This document shows positions 24,700-34,998 of a stretch of 64,000 nucleotides of DNA, piece after piece (within the stretch, counting starts at the first letter, position 1; each line of letters begins with the position of its first letter). A program made the position numbers and the translations under genes. The notes beneath the pieces are model-generated. The model saw only the letters and a list, made by a program, of their open reading frames with translations. It made no database searches and had not been told where the DNA came from. Where the stretch lies: assembly GCA_013265495.1 (NCBI GenBank), contig MU058540.1, positions 1,451,696 to 1,515,695 on the forward strand. The letters run 5' to 3'. The DNA comes from Vicugna vicugna. Lineage: Eukaryota.

Positions 24700-25900
24700 G
24701 GTGATATACTTCAAGGTGTGTTGATTGGACAGAAGTTCATCAGCTGACTCACCTTGAATTGGCAAGATGCTAAAATAGTGATTTAGTAGTGTCACTAAAG
24801 TCTTAATCACACATGACCTATTGAAGGAAAGATAAAATGGTTTCCTTTATAGGAAATCATGCCTGACTTGTATATTCTAGTTTTTGAGAATAAGAAGAAA
24901 CATGCATCCAAGAGGGAATAAGATCTAATTTGCTCAGACTTTTGAAGAATTTTTGTCATGGTTCATCACTAAGGCAATTTAAAATTACCAATTACTATGA
25001 GATTATGGGTGTATCTATCATGCTTAGGAAACAACTTAGAGACTTAAGAGTAAACATCTTTCTAGAGAGATTGTTAACAGTGTAACAATCAGATGGGTTG
25101 ATGTTTGGTTTAACCTTATTTAAGATTTTTATAAATAACCTGAAAGTATTACAATGCAATCAAATGTCACTACTTCTAGGCAGTGAAAGATAAATCAGAA
25201 AAGATTAAAAAAAAAGAAAAAAGGAAAATCACAGAAGATGCACGAACCAGGCTGTGAATACTCAGGAAAGTGACAGGTGAGGTTTGATGTAGGTAAGTGT
25301 GAAGTAATGCACTTAGTGGAAGATTCAGCAACCAATGAGGCAGTGAGTTCTGTTAGAACTCAGGAAAGAAACTTAAGCACTGCTGAGAAGGAGGAGGAGT
25401 CAGTGTGCTGCTGTGGCCAAATGCCCACCTGCATGATCAGGAAGGTCACATAGAGCCAACACAGAAAACAGCACCTCACACAAGACCATGATAATGTCTT
25501 AAATTATCTGTGCATTTCTGGTACCCTTACTTACGAAATACAGGTGAAGGGAGGAAAGGTCCAGAGAACAGCAAAAATTATCAGGGAGTGAAGGTACTTC
25601 CGCATGAGGACACATCTCTAAAATGTTGGCTCCAGTTCTGGAAAGACGAAAGCTGAGGGTTGTGTTAGGTCAAATATTCAGTCAAGAGTGAGATATGTTC
25701 TTCAGGTCCCAAAATACTGGCTCTAGGGTTCTACCTCATAGGCTTAGGTAAAAGAAAGCACTTCTCTTGGCAAATCAGAAACTTCTGGAGCTCATTGTTC
25801 AAGGAGTAGTGTTGGCAGAAACTTTATGAGTGCAGGTTTAAGAGGAATCCTTGTATATATGGCTTCCAAAAAGAATTACAGAAAACGAGGGCTATTTGGT
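24700..25900 (+). mobile_element. Ancient CR1/L3 LINE ORF2 (RT and C-terminal) fossil in BLTP3A 3' UTR
   Basis: Colinear degenerate CR1 motifs: RKSCLT (24851), LICSDF*RIFVMVHH (~24926-24970), K*QVRFDVGKCEVMHL (25268-25315), VQRTA-KIIR (~25559), LERRKLR (25638). Confidence 0.75.
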
Positions 25901-26222
25901 GATATACAAGGGAGAGGGTAACTGCATCCCTCCACAGACCCCCCTTTAGGTTTCTTCAAAGGCAGAATGATGAAGAAAAAAGGATCACTGGTTCATCTCA
26001 AGTATGGCATTTCTAATGTTCTTAGAGGGGGAGGAGGGAGATCTGTATCTAGAAAATAAAATTATTCAACCTTAGGTCCACCTGAATTAGTCTAAAATCA
26101 CATTCTGATTCTCTCCCCTTCCTCTCTGACCCACCATTACCCCTCCGTGCAGAGAAAATGTCTAATAGGCATTGCTTGGTATTCCTTCACCTTAAGCTTA
26201 TGCTTGGTGAGAGGCAACAGAA

Positions 26223-27429
26223 ACAAATCTGGCAAGCACTGAGGCTAACCCCTTTAATGACCAGAGCTCAGTCAGGTTTCTGGGCAATCTGGAGCTTTTG
26301 TCCACATGACAAATGGAGCCCTTGAATCTGAATTCCCTTATGTGACAGATTTGGCCATTGTGTCTGGAAGTCCTCCCTCAGGAAATGTGGTAGAGGTCAT
26401 TGTCCCGTGGAATTTTAGTAAAAATCATCTTGTATAACTTCATACTCCAATTCATTGGGGGAAGGCAGGCTTTTTCATAATGAAGAAATATGACCTTATT
26501 GGTATTCCTCAGGATAAATGTAAAGGAGAAAGATGGAAAGAACAAATAGTGTCAGCTCCTTTGAACTGCTTACGATTTCTGCCTTGGAGCTCTAAGACTC
26601 TGAACAAGAAAAAACAATACCTCAAGAAAATGTCTGGAGTGATAGCACCACTATTCCTCAAAAGACTTCAGCCACTGCACATCACCATTTCAGCTGTGAA
26701 GCATGGACAACTACGTATCATCTGTGATTGTCTAGATTTCCTGTTTACATGGAGGTACTGGAGACATGCTTTAGTGCATATGAACTGATTTAAATCTCTT
26801 AGCTGAGTTGCAGAGGTGGCTATCCATCTCAAATTGTGTTTTCAATTCACTGGAATAATTCACCTAGTTTCTTGGACTTTAGACAGGAGTGGATGGCTCT
26901 CATGATGGCTGCTTTTTGCTATATATTTAATATGACCCTCATTTTGCCATGGGGCTCAACCTTTATGTACACCTTTTCATGGTGGTTCCTGCGTATGGAA
27001 TATACAATGGATAAACCACCCTTCAGGTACCCGTAACTTAATGCTTCCATTTAACCCATTTAGTTCCTCCTTAGGCAAGTTTAGGGGGTAGTGGAAAGAT
27101 GATAGTTTGAACATAGTCATTTGGGAAATTTCCATTCCAAATCTTTAAACTAAGGTTTTTTTTTGTTAATTTAACACTTGCCTAAACTTCTAAAATCAGT
27201 TATAGTAATATCACAAAACTATGGAAACAACATTGCTGCACAAGCTGGTAGGATGACATCTCCTTATCTGAGACTACAAAAGCTGTGTCATTGCCTTCTG
27301 ATTTACCATAGTCATTATGAAGTGTTTTGAGATTCTGGTGTGATGTACTGTCCTTTCCAGGATGATGGATCTTTCCATACCTTCTGCTAGAATAGGAATA
27401 TTCCCATTCACCTCTGGGTAGGTGTAGAT
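26223..27429 (-). pseudogene. Decayed ORF with three modules resembling the Gypsy/GIN1 integrase N-terminal zinc-binding domain (tentative)
   Basis: Manual minus-strand translation with stops and frameshifts; see findings. Confidence 0.4.
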
Positions 27430-28011
27430 AGTAGCTGTTGTTGAATGAGGATTATTTTCTCCATCTCTTACAGCAGATGCCAGGGGGAACACTCTTGGAT
27501 AACCCTAAACTGTGAGGCTTTGCTAAGTGGCTGGACTTGTGATGTGAACTTCTCTCCATGTTATTTGTAAATTTCAGCCTTATCCAGTATCTCAGATTGC
27601 AGTAGGTGTAGTTCCTATATCCAGTCGAAAAAGCTTCCTCTTAGATCTGAGAATTTTTTTTTCTTTAGTTTACTAGTTTTTGGTCAAGATTTAGCTTGAG
27701 TCTTAGGCAGCGTTTCTTTGTGGAATGCCCCACTGAAGTGTCTTCTCCATTGGCTATGTACATACACGTTTAAAGCCATGCATTTTAATATAAGATACTA
27801 AAAGCCAGATTTATCCAACTTTGTGTGTCCAAGCTGTTTCCCCCACTCAGGGTGCTAAACAGAATTGGAATCTTTACTAAGACATGCTCAGGAAAGCTTC
27901 AAAAGAGAACAGCTTCAAAATCCCTCTCCCTATGACACTGAATGATAGAGAGGAAAGAATTCTTGGGATTGCCAGTTAAATACAGTAGCCTTATTACTGC
28001 TAATCACTGTC

Positions 28012-28170
28012 AATAAAAGGTCACTCCATTCCCCTCTATTTGAGGAAAACAATGAGAATGTATCTGATGAACTGGAATACTGGTCAGTATTGGGAAATTT
28101 TAATGTTGCAATATCTAATCAAACCTTGAGTGTACTGGTTCTGTGAACCACCTGAAAAAAGCAAATTAAA
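28012..28170 (+). terminator. Candidate distal BLTP3A polyadenylation signals
   Basis: AATAAA 28012-28017 and ATTAAA 28165-28170, the latter followed by U/GU-rich sequence (ctgttatatctgttt). Confidence 0.55.
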
Positions 28171-28274
28171 CTTATTAAGCAGTATTGGCTCTGTTATATC
28201 TGTTTATAGGGATCTGAAACATACCTGAAACAAAACATTTTACATTGTTTTTAAGTACTCTTTTATAAGAAAAT

Positions 28275-28650
28275 TTTTTTTATTGAAGTATAGTTAGTTT
28301 ACAATATTGTGTCAATTTCTAACATACAGCATGTTTCGATCATGCATGTATACACATATATTCATTTTCATATTCTTTTTCATTCTAGGTCACTATAAGA
28401 TACTGAATACAGTTCGCTGTGCTACATAGTATAAACCTGTTTATCTGTTTTATATATGGTAGTTAGTATCTGCACATCTCCAACTCCCAATTTATCCCTT
28501 CCCACCCTGGTAACCATAAGTTTGTTTTCTATGTCTGTTTCTGTTTTGTAAATAAGTTTATTTGTCTCTTCTTTAGATTCCACATATAAGTGGTATCATA
28601 TGGTATTTTTCTTTCTTTCTGGCTTACTTCACTTAGAATGACAATCTATG
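28275..28650 (-). mobile_element. 5'-truncated cetartiodactyl L1 3' end between the BLTP3A and TAF11 3' ends
   Basis: tttattgaagtatagttagtttacaat...ggtaaccataagtttg...ggcttacttcacttagaatgacaatct. Confidence 0.85.
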
Positions 28651-28719
28651 ATATACAATTTTAATGGTTCTAGTAGAAAATGGGAAGACTCAAATTTTCA
28701 CAAAAAAGTCAAAACCAGT

Positions 28720-28817
28720 TTTATTCTGACACCAAAAAAGAACGATGAGCTTCTTCCCATTCCAACCAGCTAGACAGAAAATGAATACACATAGAACATG
28801 TTGTAAAACAGTTTAAT
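28720..28817 (-). terminator. Candidate TAF11 polyadenylation signals
   Basis: Minus-strand ATTAAA (tttaat 28812-28817) and AATAAA (tttatt 28720-28725), ~510-600 nt past the stop, with U-rich downstream sequence. Confidence 0.65.
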
Positions 28818-29327
28818 GATCACTCACCAAAATTCATAGAAGAATCTTAACTGTTTACAGGGACAAACTGTTCCACCACTCCTGCTATCACCATGTCCTT
28901 CATGGTAGAGTATCACAAGTCAAAAGTTTCTGGTGGTTTCATTTACTTAAAACCAGCTGTACGAAACAACCTAAGTCACCGCAACTTCAGGCTTCAACGT
29001 GAAACCGTCAAACCTTCTGGGAAAGGTTTTCTTTCTGACAGCAGCTCCTCTGTCCAGAAGATGCTTAAGGCCCATGTACCTCTCTTCTTTCAACCAGCCA
29101 GTAATGAATGGTAAAATGCCTTCAGAGGCCCCAATAATTAGTCAAGGCAACTATGAAACAGGCTGCATGCCTTCTTTTAGGTGTAATGAATATCAGAGTT
29201 TTGAGAAAGATATTAAAATCATGGAATCCTTGGAGGACTGAGATACTAAAGCACCACTGCACAAAGTCTCATGCAGCAGGGAGTCTGGAACCAGTACTTC
29301 TTCCTTCAGGCCCTTCTGGACTTTGGT

Positions 29328-29458
29328 CTAGAAGAAGATGATTTTTTTGTGCTTCGAGTTGGGAATTTGCCCCTTTGACTTTAACCTCCGAACAGCCTCC
29401 CTCATGTGTTTGGGTTGTAGCGGTGGCACTTCTCCCCACTTCTCACACACATCCAGTG
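29328..29458 (-). CDS. TAF11: TAF11 exon 5 CDS, TAG stop
   Basis: ttag|(A)[42 protein letters not shown]; total CDS 636 nt = 211 aa. Confidence 0.96.
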
Positions 29459-30139
29459 CTAAACAGAGGGCAAGGAGAAAGTTTCATTATCACGCAAGAG
29501 CTTATTAATCACAATCCTTTTGAGTCCTGTAATTCTCATTAAATCTTGGCTAAAGAAATAAACCAAGACATGTTCCCTTCTTAAGAGAATGCTATAAAAT
29601 GTATCATGTTAGCTTTAGCATAATATCCCATATCAGGCTTTATCATAGGCAACAGTTTAAAACATATCTTCTTAAAAAAAAAAGACAAACATTTCACCAG
29701 CTAGCAATTAGCAATGGACAGCACCCAGGTTCTTTACTTGATGGACAAGGGGGCAGTTCCCAGGGGTCATAACATCAGGGACAACTACCTACCAAACCAC
29801 ACTGGTCAGCACCAGCAACTGCTTTTCATGTATGTTTAATTTTGGCAGCAGAAATGAGCAAAGTTTATTGGAGAAAAATACAAAGCCTGCTTCTGTCACC
29901 CTGAGCTAAGGACAGGAATAAGGAAGGGAGATTTCCTAGATGCTTCCAGGCCTCCCAGTATTGAAACTTTCAAGGAATAATGGTCATGCTCTCCTAAATA
30001 CAAGACTCCTGCTTTGGTCAACTTCTATCTAGTGTAAATGGAAACTATCACTGGTGCTTTAATAAGTCCCTCAGCATAGATATTCTTGGAAATCAGACCA
30101 CCACAGGTTCAATCCAGTATTTAGACCAAAACCACTCAC

Positions 30140-30236
30140 CTTCTTCTACCACCTCCCCGACGAAAACTTTGGAAATACCAGACATAGCGATAACAACATT
30201 CTGAGACACAGAGGTGCCAGTGATGGACTGGATCAG
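30140..30236 (-). CDS. TAF11: TAF11 exon 4 (histone fold)
   Basis: caag|[32 protein letters not shown](A)|gtgagt; 97 nt. Confidence 0.96.
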
Positions 30237-30447
30237 CTTGAAAGAAGGACAAGGACTCTGTGATTAAGGTAGTCAAGGACTGGCTTTGGAACATAGCACA
30301 CACGAGAGCTCTGCACTGAAAAAGAGTTCACTAAAGGCCAGATGCTGAAATTGAGACTATTAAAACAAGGATTCAGGTATATAATGGTCTATCCTGTTTG
30401 TTGAGACTCTATCCTTAGAATATAAAACTATGGCTAGTCAGATTTTT

Positions 30448-30657
30448 TTAACACTTTTTATTGATTTATAATCATTTTACAATGTTGTGTCAAATTCCAG
30501 TGTTCAGCACAATTTTTCAGTCATACTTGGACATATACACACTCATTGTCACATTTTTTCCTCTGTTAGTTACCATAACGTTTTGTGTAAATTTCCCTGT
30601 GCTATACAGTATAATCTTGTTTATCTATTCTACAATTTTGAAATCCCAGTCTATTGA
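30448..30657 (-). mobile_element. Young 5'-truncated L1 3' end in TAF11 intron 3, 14-bp TSD
   Basis: TSD ctagtcagattttt at 30434-30447 and 30658-30671; body closely matches 61477-61680. Confidence 0.88.
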
Positions 30658-30815
30658 CTAGTCAGATTTTTGAGGGGCATGTTATTTTTATTTTCCTACT
30701 TAAATGATCCACCAAACTTGCCTAACCTCTCACTCAAAATGCCAATAGATATAGCTCTTGAGTCTAGTTCAGTTCTCACAGCTGATGGAAATGAAGTGTG
30801 GTAGTCCATCCTTAC

Positions 30816-30903
30816 CCTTTTAATGGCTGCCTTAGGGAAAGCTGACCGGCGATACATTTCATAACGGTTCAGCTGCTCCTCAGAAAAAGAAGAAACCAGG
30901 ATT
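30816..30903 (-). CDS. TAF11: TAF11 exon 3 (histone fold)
   Basis: ctag|(Q)[29 protein letters not shown]|gtaagg; 88 nt. Confidence 0.96.
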
Positions 30904-32100
30904 CTAGACAAAGATTCAGGTAATTAAGTTCACTTGCAAGAATGGATACTTAAGATACATTATTAAAGGCAAGTTTCAGACATTTAGAAAATGAATTTTT
31001 CAAGGGGTCAATAGTATTAGGCTTAGTGCTTACAAGGTATGAAGACAAGGATTTCTACTCTTAAGGAAGTTGACAATAAGTGAAACACAAGTTCCTTTCT
31101 TACTTAACATTAAGAACAAAAACAACAGTGTTGGGTCATGGAATCACACTCTATAGATTATGTTTTCAGCATGAGGCTCGCTCTCCCCATTACACTACCT
31201 TACTACACTTCATGTTGATGGTAAAAATTTAATATATAAATTTATATTCAACTAGTAGTTTCCAACATTAATAGACTAGGGGGAAAATGTAAACTATATG
31301 GAAAAGGGTTAATACTGTTAATATATAGTTAAATTTTTCAAATAAATTAAAAGATGGCCATACCAATTTTAGAAAATGAGCAAAGGAAATGAACAGGAAA
31401 TATACAAAAATCCCAATGGCCAAAAAATATAGAGGAAAAAACTTAATGTTTGTTATATTGTCAAAAGAAAAAAAATCTAAACAACTACAGGGATTGGTTA
31501 AATTATAGTTCATCCATCTAATGGAATATAATGTGGCCATTAAAAATGATGATTTATGGGCATATTTACTGATGTGAAAATATTTAGCTATACATATATA
31601 CCCTAGGTAAACTCTGGGTGGTGGGATTGTGGGTAATTTTTTCTTCTATTTTTTCTGTATTTCTGAATTATTTGCAATGAACCCATATTATTTTACAATC
31701 AGAAAACATAATGAAGCTATTTCCATTTTAAAGAAAATTATGACCTAGATGTATAATTATGGACATGGAAAACACTCACTGTATACAATGTGGAAAATAG
31801 GTTACAAACAGTATTTAACATCTTTGGAATTTTTAATTTAATTTTATTTATAAATATATGTAAAGAAAGTATCTTGGAGAATAATATACATTAAAATATT
31901 AACAGTGTTTATTTTGGTGGTAAGGTGATACTTCTTAAAAATGTATTTATATTTTCTATAATGTAACATAACGTATTAATTGCTTTATTTTCTTTTGAGT
32001 TTAAAGAAAGAAAAAAATGTTTTTAAGGTGAAGAAAAATGTATTAACTTTGTGTGGTCAAGTTAGAGCCTTGAAAGGGGAAAGATCGGAAAGTGACTTAC

Positions 32101-32249
32101 TGCATCTTTTGAATCTCATCTTCATCCACTTTCTGCTTCTTCTCTTTCTTTTCTTTGGTATCTATTTTCAGCTTTTTGGCTGCAGGAGTAAGTAATGATG
32201 AGTCTTCCCTTTCAACAGCTGTTAAATCTGAGATATCCTGACTCTTGAG
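32101..32249 (-). CDS. TAF11: TAF11 exon 2
   Basis: tcag|[49 protein letters not shown](Q)|gtaagt; 149 nt. Confidence 0.95.
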
Positions 32250-32433
32250 CTGAGAAGACAAAAGAAACCCTGTTCTATGTTTGGCCTACTTTCCAGACTT
32301 GGGCAAGGTAAGAAGATATCATATTCATGACAACACAATAAATCCATTTATTTCTGTAGTTTTTTTGGTTCCAGGCATAGGCTGTACCATCAAGTGTAAG
32401 ATATACCAGTGTAAGATATAAAGAAGTTTATAG

Positions 32434-32625
32434 CAGATACAAACTACTATATATAAACAACAAGTTCCCACTGTATAGCATAGGGAACTATATTCAATAT
32501 CTTGAAACAACCTGTAACAGAAAAGAATATGAAAAAGAATATATGTGTGTATAACTGAATCACTTTGCTGTATACCAGAAACTAATACAACATTGTAAAT
32601 CAATTATACTTCAATTTTAAAAAAA
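32434..32625 (+). mobile_element. 5'-truncated L1 3' end in TAF11 intron 1
   Basis: cagatacaaactactatatataa...tgtatagcatagggaactatattcaatatc...ttatacttcaatt; imperfect TSD aaagaagtttatag / aaagcagtttttag. Confidence 0.8.
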
Positions 32626-34827
32626 GCAGTTTTTAGTCCAGCTGTGAAAAGAAAACCTGCCCAATAATCCAGTTTTCCAGGTTAGCTATGATCATAGTTC
32701 CAGTATCTATTTACAAGGGCAATAAAATCCCAAGGATCATGAAAACCACTCTCTCCCTGAGCCCACCTCTCCTGGTGCGGGGATGTCAGCAAAGTCCTTT
32801 TCATCCAGCCAGCTCTTCTTCCTCTAAATCTATAGATGATTCCATGTGGAAAGAATACTAAAAAGGGGGTACCTTATTAAAATAGTGTTTCTTTGAATTT
32901 GGAATTTTAAAGTGAGCTTCTCCCCCATTTAGGGATCTTTTTTCCTATCTTTCAATTCTATTATGTCATGCAAATATTTATTTCCTATTGCTAGAATGAG
33001 AACTTTTTGAAGATCGGTTTGTCTCATTTTTTATCTCTCATCATATAAACATTTAACATTATTTTACTTATGCTAGATGTTTAATAACAACAAAACAAAT
33101 CAAAATCCTAACTTAATACAGAATCTAAAGGATACAATATATCTCATTAATGGGATTTAATTTCTCTTTTCCTTAAAGAGGAACTTACATTTAAACTCAT
33201 ACAGGAATATGAGTGGTGGGTAAGAGTAAAGTAGTAAGTCCTTATCAGTCTTTTCAACTTCTTCTCTAGTTACTAATTTAAACAAATTTTCTAACCTCTT
33301 TGTGCTTCAATTTTGGTAATTTATATTATTCTTAAAAAGAGCCAATTTTCTTAAATTTTCAAGAGCACTTGGTCTAAATTTGAACATTAAATTTTTTTAT
33401 AGCTTAAAGATCTCCATGTCAGTGCCTACAGCCCTTTCTTATTTCATATTGTTGTATATTTACATTTTAAATAACCAGGTCTTAATTTTATTGTTTATGT
33501 TTTTAAAGCACTAATTCATTAGTCTCTACTTTTATTCTTATTAACTCCTTGTTCCTACATTCTTCTGGTTTATTTTGTTCTTTTTCTGGTTTCTTGAGTT
33601 GGGTGCTTATTTTCAATATCTCTTGTTAATAAAAAATACATAAGGTTACAAAGTTTTCTTTAAATAAAGTTTTGGTCAAATCCCATGGGATTTGATGTAG
33701 TGTTCTCTCTGAATTTCTTTAATCTAAGGGCTATTTTGAAAAAAGTTAAAAATGTCCAGGAGTTGGAGTGGGAGAAGCCTTTTATTTCATTTTTTTAATT
33801 TAAGGTTTTATTGCACTGTACTAACAGGATGTGGCCTGTTATGATTTCTACTTTTAAGAATTCACGTTTTTATTTGTGGTCTGGTATATGATCAATTTCT
33901 TAAAGTGTTTCAGAAGCATCAAAAATTGTTTAATTTTCTGCTGGGTGCAAATTTCTGTATGTAGAGCTCTTCACTGGACTAAGCTGATTATTATTCAAAT
34001 ACTTTCTGTACTTGAAATCTCTTTTAAAGATTCCTTCTTAAAATAGTCTTGTCACATTTTTCTTTTTCTAAAAGTTCTTAACTTTATTTCTAAGCAACTT
34101 TATGCTTTGAAAGGCTGTTTCCATTTAATCCAATGTCTTCCCCCATAATCTCACACTTAAACTCATATAGGAATTATAGCTCTAAGACCCCAAGATTCTA
34201 CCTTTAGAAATGGAACCCAGAGAATGCTGAAATTCTGGTCTCCTGACTGATGCTCACTGATCCTCTTGGGGTGACACATTCGATAGGTTTGGTGTGTTTG
34301 TGCCATACAGACCCTTGGACATTAGCGCCCAGGTCACTGGTAGCAGTTAAATATTTCAAGAGGGTAAGAACGTGACTAAATTAGTAACTACCTCAAAGTG
34401 TCCCTTTAACGACTCTGCAGCCTATAATGACAAAGTTATGCTTAAGCAACACATTTTAAAAAACTATATTGCGGTAAAAGGGGTACTAGGAACCCTGGGT
34501 CCTAGCTCTTGCCCTAATCCTCAGTGTAGCACCGACTCCAATTTCCTCACCAGGAAAACCAAGAAAATCCCTTATTAGTAATTTTAGCGCCCTTAGGCAG
34601 GGAATAAAAATATCGAGCCAGCGGTTGGGTCTCTGGAACCGAACCTGCACTAAGGTTTTATAGCCTACCACCCCCCAACCCCGTCCCCAAACTCTGTGCG
34701 ACACGATTGCAGATCTAAAGGGAGTCATGGTGAGTTCGAGAATCTTAGCTTGGGAGGACCAACCAAGAAGCCCGACGAGCAGCCTGTGACACAACGCCTC
34801 TGGCCTCATTGACACATTTCTTCCTAC

Positions 34828-34998
34828 CTCGCCTTCTTCTGCCGCGGCTTCTTTCAAGTCCCCATCTCCGTCTCCGTCAGTTTCCTCCGGGATTCCGTCC
34901 GTATCAGTAACCCCGGGGCCCCCGGGAGCAGCTGCCGTCTCATCTGACTCCCCTGTCTCTCCACCTTTTTCAGTGGGCGACTCGCAGGCATTATCCAT
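34828..34998 (-). CDS. TAF11: TAF11 (TFIID subunit 11) exon 1 CDS
   Basis: ATG at 34998; [57 protein letters not shown]|gtagga; 171 nt. Confidence 0.96.

Larger units (their letters stand above)
23535..28190 (+). other. BLTP3A: Putative long 3' UTR of BLTP3A (~4.6 kb; end inferred)
   Basis: Follows the stop codon; candidate poly(A) signals AATAAA 26055-26060, AATAAA 28012-28017, ATTAAA 28165-28170; lacks young repeats until the L1 at ~28275. Confidence 0.6.

Noticed and set aside
34486..34827. 171-aa ORF extending TAF11 exon 1
   Set aside because: Read-through past the GTAGGA donor at 34827 into intron 1; only the first 57 codons are TAF11
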